Positions 27,512 to 36,965 of a DNA stretch of 64,000 nucleotides are shown here, one piece after another. Location: NCBI GenBank assembly GCA_016192845.1, contig JACPTI010000064.1, forward strand, positions 9,601 through 73,600. Direction: 5' to 3'. The notes under the pieces were generated by a model that was given only the letters and a program-made list of their open reading frames with translations, ran no database searches and had not been told where the DNA came from. The position numbers were made by a program, and so were the translations under genes. The DNA is from Acidobacteriota bacterium (lineage in GTDB: Bacteria > Acidobacteriota > Vicinamibacteria > Vicinamibacterales > UBA2999). How positions within the stretch are numbered: position 1 is the first letter of the stretch; each line of letters starts with the position of its first letter.

Positions 27512-28369
27512 TTAGGGGACGGGCGGTGCCAGGGCTGTCAACCCTTCGGCAATGGCGCGGCCGATGTTGCGCATGAGGTCTGGCTGGCTGTTCACGGCGT
27601 ACAGGTACGGCGTCAGCGCCCACACCTCGCGTGCGATGCGCCGGGGCGTGGGCGACATGGACCCCGATCGGCGTGCCAACTCGGTCATGAGCATCGGCAC
27701 CACCTTGTCACCGAGACGCAGTGCCGTGTCCATCACAAAGAGGGTGAGGTCGGGCCGAAGGACGCGGAGTCGATCGAAGAAGGCCTTGACCTCTGCCTCC
27801 GAGAGATGCTTGGGGGGCGACGACTTGACCTCCAGGTACACGAGTTTGCCTTCCGCCGCCGCCACGACATCGAGATCGCCACCGACACCACGGGCGCTGA
27901 ATTTCACGCCGGCCACCGCATCGAAGCAAAGCCGGTGCGCGAGTTCACGCGCGACGTACCACTCGAGCGTCGCACCGAAGCTGCTCACCGGACGCGCCAG
28001 ACGGTATCGATCGCCCGGCAGCGGCAGTGCGACCCCGAGCGCTACCAGCGCGTCGGCAAACGCCCGAGCCGGCGCCCCTTTCACGTACGGCGTTGCATCG
28101 TCGGCGGCAAACCCCTCCGGTTTCTGAATTGCGCCGCGAAAAAAGAGCCGGAACGCGTAATGCCCCAGAAGGTCCGCCAACCGCGCTACCGCGTCTCCCT
28201 GCAGAGCAGGAGGAAACGGCAGCTCCTGCCTCGCGACTCGTGGACGGAGACCGCGGCGAGCCAGCATGGCTGCCGCTTCGCCGGCAGACACGGGCGTGCC
28301 GGGGCGCGACCGGCGCGCGGCGGCAGCAGCGTCCTTCTCTATCTCGCGAGCCGTCTTCCGTCGTGCCAC
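27512..28369 (-). CDS. Hypothetical protein with C-terminal PD-(D/E)XK nuclease-like motif
   Basis: LEWYV...GDLDVVAAAEGKLVYLEVKS; GTG 28369 taken as start. Confidence 0.65.
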   Translation of the reverse strand: MARRKTAREIEKDAAAAARRSRPGTPVSAGEAAAMLARRGLRPRVARQELPFPPALQGDAVARLADLLGHYAFRLFFRGAIQKPEGFAADDATPYVKGAPARAFADALVALGVALPLPGDRYRLARPVSSFGATLEWYVARELAHRLCFDAVAGVKFSARGVGGDLDVVAAAEGKLVYLEVKSSPPKHLSEAEVKAFFDRLRVLRPDLTLFVMDTALRLGDKVVPMLMTELARRSGSMSPTPRRIAREVWALTPYLYAVNSQPDLMRNIGRAIAEGLTALAPPVP

Positions 28370-28543
28370 CTGAACCCAGCATAACGTGATCTCAACTTTC
28401 GCGGCCTCGCGTTGCCCGCACGCCGGTGGGCCTTGCCCAAGCGCGCCGACGAAGATATGCTCGCGCGCATTCTTGAGGGGCGAGGACGAGAGAAGATGCA
28501 AGCCCTTGGCCGTATAGCGGTCCAATGCAATCCGGAGGCAGAC

Positions 28544-28798
28544 GTGTCTGAAGAGCTCATCGGCACGGTCAGTCATTACTTCGCAAAGCCACAGGTGGGC
28601 GTGGTGGCACTGACCGCCGACATCAAAATGGGAGAAATGCTGCATTTCAGCGGACATGGTGTGGATTTCCGGCAGGCTGTCACCTCGATGCAGGTGGATC
28701 ACGTGCCTGTGGAAACCGCTTCGTCTGGAACCGCGGTCGCACTGAAGGTCGAGCAGCGAGTGCGAGAAGGGACTCAGGTCTTCCGAATGACGCCGTAA
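28544..28798 (+). CDS. Small EF-Tu domain-II-like beta-barrel protein
   Basis: GGAGG SD + GTG; IGTVSHYF....VGVV.L...I..G..LHF.G...F.Q.V.SMQ....V..A..G..V..KV...VR.G..VF. Confidence 0.75.
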   Translation: MSEELIGTVSHYFAKPQVGVVALTADIKMGEMLHFSGHGVDFRQAVTSMQVDHVPVETASSGTAVALKVEQRVREGTQVFRMTP

Positions 28799-28937
28799 GG
28801 CTGTCGAGGAGCGGGCCCAAGCTTGGACTGTATCGAGGTGGGCGCGTCCCGTGGGCCCGGACGCCACATGTCAACGGGCCTCGGCACACGAAAAGGTCCG
28901 CGCCGATCCGCTCTTGTTCCCGACAGATCGTATGTGG

Positions 28938-29453
28938 TCACCGCCGTCGGCGCGTGGCCGGGCGGGCCCTCTTGGCACTGGGGCGCACACTCCTGCGGGC
29001 GGCCTTTCGCGCGGCGGGCTTTCGTGGCGCCGCCGCGGCGCGCGTGATGAGGGGGATCGCGCGAGCGGCATCTTCGCGGCTCTCGAAGCCGATCACGGTC
29101 GTGTGCCGGTTCCCGATGACCTGCCCGAGGACGAAATCCGCATTGATCCCCGCCTCGCCCAGCACCCGCGCGATGGCATACCCCAGGCCGGGGCGATTGT
29201 CACCCTCGATGCGCAGCGCGCTGATCGCCGCCTCGTGCAGGCCAGCCGCGGCCGCCGCCGATGTGCCGCGGGCGCCGCTTATGGGAGCAACCTCGATGGC
29301 CGCGCGGCGATGATCATCGGGGAGGCGATATCCCATCACGACCTGCAGGTCGACCTTTGCTGCAGCCAGAGGCTCGAGCGTCCGCGCGAGCGCGCCCGGT
29401 TGATTGTCGACTTCCACTCGCCACAACGTAACGGGTCTGACGCGAACAGGCAT
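28938..29453 (-). CDS. Tandem ACT-domain protein with basic C-terminal tail
   Basis: VDNQPGALA..L..LA...VDL and GDNRPGLG..IA..L...GIN; K/R/A-rich tail. Confidence 0.8.
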   Translation of the reverse strand: MPVRVRPVTLWRVEVDNQPGALARTLEPLAAAKVDLQVVMGYRLPDDHRRAAIEVAPISGARGTSAAAAAGLHEAAISALRIEGDNRPGLGYAIARVLGEAGINADFVLGQVIGNRHTTVIGFESREDAARAIPLITRAAAAPRKPAARKAARRSVRPSAKRARPATRRRR

Positions 29454-29508
29454 AAACTCCTCCACAAACGCTGGGCTGCGCGCAGCAGGCGCGCAGCCCA
29501 GGATCGCC

Positions 29509-29946
29509 CTAGGCGCCGGCCGCGGCCGCCTTGCCGGGCAGCGTCACCACGCCAAGCTGCTGCATCAGCCCGAGCGTATCCCAGTTGACGAATTCTTCGC
29601 GGATTTTGTCGCCCGACAGACAGAAAATCGAAATGCCCGTCACGGCAGCCTGCCGTCCGGTGGCCGGGAGCCCTTCCAGCATTCCGCGATGGGTCCCGGT
29701 GGCCCGCCAGCGGACGACCACCTGATCGCCGGCTGACAACAGATCCTCGATCTCGAGGCGCGCATCGGGAAATGCTGACTGATACTTCTTTACGACCTCC
29801 CGGAACGCATCCAGACCCTGGGCCGGGTTCTGCGGATCGCGGTGGGCAAAGTCCGAGGTGTGGTACCGCTCGATCGCGTCGATCTGCCGGTTGTTCCAGA
29901 CCTCCTCGAACATCCGACGGACGATCGCCTCATTTTTCTCTGACAT
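29509..29946 (-). CDS. SnoaL-like ester cyclase (NTF2 fold)
   Basis: AFPD....IED....GDQVVVRW..TGTH.G...G.PATGR....TG. Confidence 0.9.
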   Translation of the reverse strand: MSEKNEAIVRRMFEEVWNNRQIDAIERYHTSDFAHRDPQNPAQGLDAFREVVKKYQSAFPDARLEIEDLLSAGDQVVVRWRATGTHRGMLEGLPATGRQAAVTGISIFCLSGDKIREEFVNWDTLGLMQQLGVVTLPGKAAAAGA

Positions 29947-30189
29947 AGGCGCCTCCTCGCTGCAAGACGAGTGGAACGGAAGCGCGCGCGGCGCCAGGTG
30001 GGGATCGCGGCAGACTCATGATGCGAGCCTCCGGTCGTGACGGGCGAAACCACTGTATATCACTGCCGGCGCCACGAATCCAGCCGTTTGGAATGCCGAG
30101 CCCGGGAACGTCTGCCGGACGCGCCAGCGCCGCCAGCCGACGCTATAATGCGCCTGGAACGGCCGATTCCAGGAGAAGGCGTCTTGGAT

Positions 30190-31608
30190 ATGCGACGACC
30201 GCAGCCTCCGGGAGTGCCGCTTGGCGACCTGGTCGAGTTGCTGTCACGCAAGGTCGTCGGCCAGCCGAGCGCGCTGCAGTACATCGTCCCGTACGTGCAG
30301 ATGTACCAGGCCGGCCTGAGTCCGCCAGACCGGCCCGCCGGCATCTTCCTGCTGCTTGGCCCGACCGGGACCGGCAAAACCAGAACGGTTGAAGCGCTGG
30401 CGGAGATCCTCCACGGCAGCGCCAAGCACCTGCTCAAGGTCGACTGCGCCGAGTACCAGTCGGATCACGAGGTCGCCAAGCTGATCGGCGCGCCGCCCGG
30501 TTATATCGGCCACCGCGAAACCAAGCCGCTGCTGACGCAGGAGCGGCTGCTCGCGGTGACGAGCCAGCAGAGCGATCTGGCGATCGTGCTGTTCGACGAG
30601 ATCGAAAAGGCTGCGCCCGCCCTGACGGCGCTCCTCCTCGGCATCCTCGATCGGGCCACGCTGCGCGAGGGGGACAACACGGTCGTCAACTTCGAGCACA
30701 CGCTGATCTTCCTCACGACCAATCTCGGCGCGCGCGAAATGCTCCGAGAAGTTCGGCCCGACATCGGGTTTCAGGCGGCCGAGCCGCGCACGCACGCGGA
30801 GATCCGGGGCCGGATCGAGAACATCGGGCTCGCGGCCGTCCGGAAGCGCTTCTCGCCTGAATTCATCAACCGCATCGACGCGGTCATCACCTATCAGCCG
30901 CTGGACGAGGCGTCGCTCGGCGAAATCCTCGATCATCACATCGCCGAGCTGCAGCGGCACGTGCACACCCGGCTCGGGGACCGGTCGTTCGAGATCGACG
31001 TGACGCCGGCGGCACGGCGCCTGCTGCTCGACCGGGGCGCGAGCCAGGAGTTTGGCGCGCGGGAACTGAAACGGACGATCCACCGGATGCTCACGCAACC
31101 GCTGGCCGCGCTCGTCGCCGACGGCGAGGTCGAACCCGGAAGGCGCATCGTCGTCGACTGCGGCGAGTCCGACGACGCCCTGCAGTTGATCGCTCACCAA
31201 AAGGCGCCGGCGGCGGCCGTCGCGCCTCCCTCACCCGTCGCGCTCGCGGTGGACGACAACCCTCACCTCCTGGCGTGGCTCGAGCGCGTCCTCGTCGATG
31301 CGCATGTGACCCCGCTCCTTGTCGCGACCGCGCAGGGGGCGCGCGACGTTGTCGCGCGCCAGCGCGTCGACATCGCGTTGATCGACGTCCTGACCTCCGA
31401 AGGAGACGGACTCTGGCTGGCGTTCGAGCTGCTCCGACGGTGGCCGCAACTCCAGGTGGTGATCATGGCCGGCACCGAGCTCTCGCCCGACGAAGCGGCG
31501 CTGTGCGATCGGCAGGACTTCGCCGTCCTGCGCAAGCCGTTTCTGGCCAGCGACGTCCTCGGCGTCGTCCGGGCGCGGCTGCTGCATTCCTCCGCCGTCG
31601 GGACCTGA
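30190..31608 (+). CDS. ClpA/B-type second AAA+ module fused to a C-terminal receiver domain
   Basis: VVGQ, GPTGTGKT, VDCAEY..HEVAKLIGAPPGYIG, FDEIEKA, PEFINRID, GARELKR; then AVDD...IALID...RKPF; TATAAT at 30144. Confidence 0.85.
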   Translation: MRRPQPPGVPLGDLVELLSRKVVGQPSALQYIVPYVQMYQAGLSPPDRPAGIFLLLGPTGTGKTRTVEALAEILHGSAKHLLKVDCAEYQSDHEVAKLIGAPPGYIGHRETKPLLTQERLLAVTSQQSDLAIVLFDEIEKAAPALTALLLGILDRATLREGDNTVVNFEHTLIFLTTNLGAREMLREVRPDIGFQAAEPRTHAEIRGRIENIGLAAVRKRFSPEFINRIDAVITYQPLDEASLGEILDHHIAELQRHVHTRLGDRSFEIDVTPAARRLLLDRGASQEFGARELKRTIHRMLTQPLAALVADGEVEPGRRIVVDCGESDDALQLIAHQKAPAAAVAPPSPVALAVDDNPHLLAWLERVLVDAHVTPLLVATAQGARDVVARQRVDIALIDVLTSEGDGLWLAFELLRRWPQLQVVIMAGTELSPDEAALCDRQDFAVLRKPFLASDVLGVVRARLLHSSAVGT

Positions 31609-31636
31609 CGGCCGCGCCTGGCGCCGCGGCCTGGCG

Positions 31637-31671
31637 GGGTCCCCACCGCGCACGCCTGCGCGGTGGGGTCC
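31637..31671. repeat. 12-bp perfect hairpin between convergent genes (REP-like or bidirectional terminator)
   Basis: CCCCACCGCGCA-CGCC-TGCGCGGTGGGG at 31641-31668. Confidence 0.7.
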
Positions 31672-31712
31672 AGGTGGGGTGGCGTCGCGCGGACTGTGCG
31701 CGTTGGGGTGCT

Positions 31713-32171
31713 CTACGACCCCGACCGCGACGGCGACAGGTCAACGGGGATGTAGTGCACGTAGGCGTTCAGCAGGTGAATCGCCTCGTCTCGTTCGTCG
31801 ATCTCCAGCGCGAGCAGATCGCGCATCGAGAGAATCCCGGCGAGGCGGCCCTCTTTCAGCACGAGCAGGTGCCGCACGTGCGCCTGCTGCATCCGGCGCA
31901 GGCAGATCTCGTGGTTGTCCGCGATATCCGCCACCACCAGATTCGTACTCATCACCGAGCTGACCGGCGTGCGCGCCGGCTCGACCCCGGCCGCCACCAC
32001 CCGTGACAGCACGTCGCGCTCGGTGAAGATCCCGACGACACGTTCGCCGTCGAGGACGGGCACGGCACCGACCTGACGCTCGCTCATGAGCCGCGCCGCT
32101 TGCGCGACGGAGGCGGCCACATCGACCACCACCACGTCCTGGTTTTCAACGAGAGGTCTGATGGGCTTCAT
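31713..32171 (-). CDS. CBS-domain pair protein
   Basis: AARLM..RQVGAVPV..G..VVGIFTERD, M....VRHL.V...G.L.GILSMRD. Confidence 0.92.
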   Translation of the reverse strand: MKPIRPLVENQDVVVVDVAASVAQAARLMSERQVGAVPVLDGERVVGIFTERDVLSRVVAAGVEPARTPVSSVMSTNLVVADIADNHEICLRRMQQAHVRHLLVLKEGRLAGILSMRDLLALEIDERDEAIHLLNAYVHYIPVDLSPSRSGS

Positions 32172-32197
32172 CGAATACCTTCCGGGGCCGATCATAC

Positions 32198-32260
32198 TCC
32201 CGGGATCCGGGACCGGGGATCCTCGGTCCGGGATCCGCGGGTCGGAGTCTGGGTCCGGAA
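32198..32260. repeat. Low-complexity GGGATCC/GGGTCC-type tandem repeats
   Basis: Directly visible between the CBS and PLP-enzyme genes. Confidence 0.6.
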
Positions 32261-33370
32261 TTACTGGGCTCCAGCCGCGTCCAGGGCCTGACGCACGTCC
32301 TCGATGACGTCCTCCGCCGCCTCGCAGCCGACGCTGAACCGGACGAACCCCTCGCCGATTGCGTCGCCACCCCAGCGGGCGCGGCGCTCCGCGATCGAGT
32401 GCACGCCGCCGAAGCTCGTCGCTTCGCGGACCAGCGTGAGCGCGCGGAGGAACGCCTCCGCACGCGCCCGCGTGCCGAGGTCGAAGCTGACGAGCGTGCC
32501 GAACGCGCGCATCTGCCGACGGGCCGTCGCATGAGCCGGATGCTGCGGCAGGCCTGGATAATGAACCGCCGACACGTCCACGCGCGATGCCAGGAACTCA
32601 GCCAGCCGCGCGGCCGAGGCGCACTGGCGGCTCAGCCGAAGAGGCAGCGTGGGCAGAGAACGGTGCGCGAGCCACACTTCCATCGGCCCGGGAATAGCGC
32701 CGTGATGGGTGCGCCAGGTCCGCAGCGCGGCGGCGAGCGCCTCATCTCTCGTCGCCACGTGCCCGAGCAGCAGGTCGCTGTGCCCTGTCAGCGCTTTCGT
32801 ATCCGACGAGACGACGAGCGTGGCGCCGAGCTCGAGCGGTTGCTGCAGGTACGCCGTCGCGGTCGTGTTGTCGACCGCGACGAGCGCGCCGCGGGCCCGC
32901 GCCTGCTCCGCCAGCGCGCGGATGTCGCAGACGTCGAGCAGGGGATTTGACGGCGTCTCGAGCCACAGCAGCCGCGCGCCTTCGAGCGCGGCCGCCTGGT
33001 CGCCCCTCGTCGGCACCAGGCGCACGTCGACGCCGATCGACTCGAGCCACGTGGCCGCCAGCCGGCGGATCGCGTAATAAGAGTCAGCCGGCAGTACCAG
33101 CACGTCTCCGCGCCTGAGCGTGACGCCGAAGGCGGCGGCCACGGCCGCCATGCCCGAGGCAAACGAGACCGCCTGGCCCCCCTCGAGCACGCCGAGCGCC
33201 TCCTCCCAGGCGGTCCACGTCGGGTTGTGAAAGCGGCCGTAGGTCAGCGCGTGGTCGGCGGGATCACCGGGCGTCGTGTAGGTGGACGAGAACTGCGGGC
33301 CGGCGAGGAAGGGGCCCGGCTCGCCCCGTCTGCGGTAGCCGGCGTGGACGATCAGCGTGTCGCGATGCAC
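32261..33370 (-). CDS. Cystathionine gamma-lyase/synthase family PLP enzyme
   Basis: YGRFHNPT, FASGMAA, LETPSNP, VDNT, SDTKALTGHSD (PLP Lys), RFSVGCE. Confidence 0.9.
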   Translation of the reverse strand: MHRDTLIVHAGYRRRGEPGPFLAGPQFSSTYTTPGDPADHALTYGRFHNPTWTAWEEALGVLEGGQAVSFASGMAAVAAAFGVTLRRGDVLVLPADSYYAIRRLAATWLESIGVDVRLVPTRGDQAAALEGARLLWLETPSNPLLDVCDIRALAEQARARGALVAVDNTTATAYLQQPLELGATLVVSSDTKALTGHSDLLLGHVATRDEALAAALRTWRTHHGAIPGPMEVWLAHRSLPTLPLRLSRQCASAARLAEFLASRVDVSAVHYPGLPQHPAHATARRQMRAFGTLVSFDLGTRARAEAFLRALTLVREATSFGGVHSIAERRARWGGDAIGEGFVRFSVGCEAAEDVIEDVRQALDAAGAQ

Positions 33371-33397
33371 CGGAGCATGATACGCGCCCCGGATCGG

Positions 33398-33778
33398 TCA
33401 CGCACTCACGATTTCGACGTGGCGTCCTGAGGCGCGGGCGAGGGGTTCGATGTCATCAGCGTCCGACGTGACGATCTCGTCGCCGTCGTCGGCGAGCAAC
33501 ACGAGCGCGGCGTCGATGACGTCGCGGCGCTTCGCAGCCGCCAGCAGTTCGCCCGCCGCGCGCCCGAGCGCCTCGTCCAGCGGGCGCACGTCGATCGCGG
33601 CCAGCGCCTTGACGAGCAGCGCCTGGCGAGGCCCCTTGCCGCGCCAGGCCTGGCCGATCACGCCTCCGTGGGTCAGTGGGACCGTGGCCTGGAGCTGAGC
33701 GGCCTTGAGGCGGCGCCACATGGCGCGGTCGTTGCGTTCCAACGCGATCAGCGCCCCGCTGTCGAGCACGAGTGTCAT
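33398..33778 (-). CDS. vapC: PIN-domain toxin (VapC-like)
   Basis: LVLDSGALIA, DVIDA, IVTSD.DD acidic PIN residues; ATGA overlap with antitoxin. Confidence 0.85.
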   Translation of the reverse strand: MTLVLDSGALIALERNDRAMWRRLKAAQLQATVPLTHGGVIGQAWRGKGPRQALLVKALAAIDVRPLDEALGRAAGELLAAAKRRDVIDAALVLLADDGDEIVTSDADDIEPLARASGRHVEIVSA

Positions 33779-34086
33779 GCCGCGCCGCGACGGCGCGGAC
33801 CGCGAACCTTGGTGGGCCGGGAAGCGGCTCCGCGAATCACTCTCGCCGATGCCCTGTCGGCGCGCGCCTGGCGCGCGAGCTCCTCCGGTGTAATGTCGCC
33901 GAACTCCGCTTCGTACGCGGAGACGGCGTCCGCAAGTGCCCGCAACCAGCGGTCCTTGGCGGCGCGGTCCGCCAGTGCCGCGTTGACCCACGCGCTCAGG
34001 GAGCCGACGCGCCCTTCGGCGACCGCCGTATTGCCCGCCCGGACCAGCTCCTCGTCGACGGTGACCGTCAGGCGTTCCTTGCTCAT
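33775..34086 (-). CDS. vapB: RHH-type antitoxin (VapB-like)
   Basis: KERLTVTVD.ELV......V..G...SLSAWVN.AL; directly upstream of the PIN gene. Confidence 0.8.
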   Translation of the reverse strand: MSKERLTVTVDEELVRAGNTAVAEGRVGSLSAWVNAALADRAAKDRWLRALADAVSAYEAEFGDITPEELARQARADRASARVIRGAASRPTKVRGPRRRGAA

Positions 34087-34201
34087 ACTTTTATACTACT
34101 GCGAGTAGACGGCGCATACCACCTTCGACGCATGATAGGCGCGGCTGGACCGTGACGATTTCATGACATGTCGGTCGTCGGCCGGCCCATAGAATACGGC
34201 C

Positions 34202-36181
34202 GTGCGGCACCACCTTCCGACCCGCCGGAGGCTCCGCGCGCGGCAGGCGCTCCTGTTCGTCCTGGCGATCGGTCTGCCCTGCGTCGTGCTCGTCGCGCTC
34301 AGCCTGCGCATGATTGCGCAGGAGCGCGAGCTCGCCGAAAAACGCCTTGCCGACGAACGCCGCCGGATTGCCGCCGATGTCGGTCAGGAACTGCGGCTGC
34401 GGCTGGATCGCCTGCGCCGTGAAGCGACCGATCCGGCATCGCCGGCGCCAGCGGCCGGCCGGGACGCGATTGCGCTCGTCTCGGACGTAGGACGCGACCG
34501 GCTCGTGCTGCCGTGGGAGGCGCACCCTGGCGTGGCGGCCGTTGCGGACGCGTTCGGCGACCCGCCGTTCGCAACGGCCGTCCGCGACGGCGAGCGCGAG
34601 GAGCTCGTCGCGGGTCAGTTCGACGCGGCCGCGGCCTCCTACCGCCGTGCGCTCGCCGCAGCACGCGTCCCTGCGCAAACCGCGTTCGCCCAGCTGCTCG
34701 TCGCGCGCGCGCATGGAAAAGCGGGACGGACCGGCGAGGCGCAGGCGCTGTACCGGCGCGTCCTGAATACGCCGCCGCTCGTCGCCGACGAACAGGGCGT
34801 CCCGTTTGCGCTCTACGCCGCACGACGCCTGCTCGACACACCCGAGCCGGACGCGCAGGACGTCAGAGCCGTACTGGACGCGCTGCGTGCGATTGCCGTC
34901 CCGCCCCGGCCGCTCCCCCCTGCAGCGCTATACATGACGCGCGACGTCGCCGCCACGGCAGCGATGCATGCCGCCCACGGTCCGGACGGGGTTGCCGCCG
35001 GCGCGCTCGCCAGCGCGGTTGATGCACTGACGCGCGACCTCGAACAGGCGCTCGCGCTTCAGCAGGCCTTCCCGTCGCTTGCCGCCCGGTTCGCCAACGG
35101 CGCGGACCTCGACGGGGACCCTGTCTGGGTGCCGTTCGGCAACGCGCCGGGGGTCTGGCTGGTGGCACTCGCTGCGGAACGGCCCGTGGTGGCGGTCCGC
35201 GCGGAGCCGGTTCTCGCGTCCCTCGCGATCGTCCGCGACCTCTCGCTCGAAATCGCAATCCAGGCCGGCGGCGAGCCACTTGGGTCTGGCTTCCCGGGCC
35301 TCGGCGTATCGTTTCCTCCGGGAGAGCCCGGCCGAGGCGCCGGGGCCGCCACGCTCCAGCGATCGTTCTACATCACCGCCCTTGCGCTCGTCGTCAGCAT
35401 GACGCTGCTCGGCGCGCACCTCTTCTGGCGCGACGTACAGCGCGAGGTACGGCTGGCGGACATGCGGTCGCAGTTCGTCTCGAGCGTGTCGCACGAGCTG
35501 AAAACGCCGCTGACGGCGATCCGGATGTTCGCCGAGACCCTGCTGCTGGGGCGCGCCCAGCGTCTCGACGCGCGGGAGGAGTACCTCGAAACGATCGTCA
35601 ACGAAAGCGAACGACTCACGCGTCTGCTCAACAACGTGCTCGACTTCTCGAAAATCGAACAAGGCAAGAAACTCTATCGCCTCGAGCCGCGCTCGATTGG
35701 TGCCATCGTGCGCGCGGCAGCAAAGACGATGCAGTACCCCCTGTCCCAGCAGGGGTTCGAGCTGCGCGTGACGGTGGACGAGCAGCTGCCGGCCGTACCG
35801 GCGGACGCCGACGCGATTGAACAGGCGATTCTCAACCTGCTGAGCAACGCGATGAAGTACTCCGGGCAGAGTCGCGCCATCGATCTCGCGGCGCGGCGCG
35901 ACGGCGACCGGATCATCATCGCGGTGACGGACCGAGGGCTTGGCATTCCCGCCCACGAACAGCGGCGGATCTTCGAGAAGTTCTACCGCATCGGCGGCGC
36001 GGATCGGGATCGCATCCCCGGCACTGGTCTCGGGCTGACGCTGGTCGAACACGTCGCGCGGGCGCATGGTGGCGAGGTCACGGTGCAGAGCGTCCCCGGT
36101 CAGGGGACCACCTTTTCGATCGTCCTGCCGCTGGGGCCCGTGCCGGCCAGCCACACGGCGCCGAAGGAGGCGCTCGCGTGA
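34202..36181 (+). CDS. Membrane sensor histidine kinase with TPR-like extracytoplasmic region
   Basis: Two TM segments; SHELKTPLT (H box), NLLSNAMKYS, DRGLGI, GTGLGL. Confidence 0.95.
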   Translation: MRHHLPTRRRLRARQALLFVLAIGLPCVVLVALSLRMIAQERELAEKRLADERRRIAADVGQELRLRLDRLRREATDPASPAPAAGRDAIALVSDVGRDRLVLPWEAHPGVAAVADAFGDPPFATAVRDGEREELVAGQFDAAAASYRRALAAARVPAQTAFAQLLVARAHGKAGRTGEAQALYRRVLNTPPLVADEQGVPFALYAARRLLDTPEPDAQDVRAVLDALRAIAVPPRPLPPAALYMTRDVAATAAMHAAHGPDGVAAGALASAVDALTRDLEQALALQQAFPSLAARFANGADLDGDPVWVPFGNAPGVWLVALAAERPVVAVRAEPVLASLAIVRDLSLEIAIQAGGEPLGSGFPGLGVSFPPGEPGRGAGAATLQRSFYITALALVVSMTLLGAHLFWRDVQREVRLADMRSQFVSSVSHELKTPLTAIRMFAETLLLGRAQRLDAREEYLETIVNESERLTRLLNNVLDFSKIEQGKKLYRLEPRSIGAIVRAAAKTMQYPLSQQGFELRVTVDEQLPAVPADADAIEQAILNLLSNAMKYSGQSRAIDLAARRDGDRIIIAVTDRGLGIPAHEQRRIFEKFYRIGGADRDRIPGTGLGLTLVEHVARAHGGEVTVQSVPGQGTTFSIVLPLGPVPASHTAPKEALA

Positions 36182-36861
36182 TGAGCCGCATTCTGGTGGT
36201 CGAGGACGACCCCACCATCCTGCGCGGCCTGGCTGACAACCTTGCCTGCGAGTCACACGAAGTGGTGACGGCGAGCGATGGCGAGACCGCGTGCTCGCTC
36301 ATCCGCGACAAGAAGCCGGACCTGATCATCCTCGACCTGATGCTGCCGCGGCTCAGCGGCTACGAGGTCTGTCGCCAGATACGGCGCGACGGCATCACCA
36401 CGCCGATCGTTATGCTCACGGCTCGCGGTGAGGAAGCGGACCGTGTGCTGGGGCTCGATCTCGGCGCCGACGATTACGTGACGAAGCCGTTCTCCGTCCG
36501 CGAGCTGATGGCCAGAGTCCGGGCGCTGCTCCGCCGGGCCCAGCCGGCGCGGACAGCGCTCGACGAGCTGCGGTTCGACAATGTGGTGGTCGATTTCCGC
36601 CGCTACGAGGCGACCAAGGGCGGGATCGCCCTCGACATGACCCGCAAGGAATTCGGCGTGCTGCGGTACCTCGCCTCACGCGCCGGCGAGGTCGTCACGC
36701 GCGACGAGCTGCTGAACGAGGTCTGGGGCTACGAAGTGATGCCGACGACGCGAACGGTGGACAACCACATCGCGGCGCTGCGCGCCAAGCTCGAAGCGAT
36801 ACCGGCCGAGCCGCGGCACCTGCTGACCGTCCATGGCGTCGGCTACAGGTGGGTGCCGTGA
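36178..36861 (+). CDS. OmpR/PhoB-family response regulator
   Basis: ILVVEDD, LDLMLP, GADDYVTKPF, winged-helix TRTVDNHI..LR.KLE. Confidence 0.97.
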   Translation: MMSRILVVEDDPTILRGLADNLACESHEVVTASDGETACSLIRDKKPDLIILDLMLPRLSGYEVCRQIRRDGITTPIVMLTARGEEADRVLGLDLGADDYVTKPFSVRELMARVRALLRRAQPARTALDELRFDNVVVDFRRYEATKGGIALDMTRKEFGVLRYLASRAGEVVTRDELLNEVWGYEVMPTTRTVDNHIAALRAKLEAIPAEPRHLLTVHGVGYRWVP

Positions 36862-36965
36862 CACCGATTTCACACGGCCCGTACAAACAAATTGCGTTCC
36901 CTGGGTCGACCGGTGACAACTCGCCGAATGGTGGGTCGTAGAGTTCCGGCCGAGAGGACGGACCG

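Noticed and set aside
28370-28867. Long N-terminal extension of the PD-(D/E)XK ORF to 28867
   Set aside because: Overlaps the SD-supported plus-strand EF-Tu-like gene (28544-28798) in antisense; start at 28369 is more plausible
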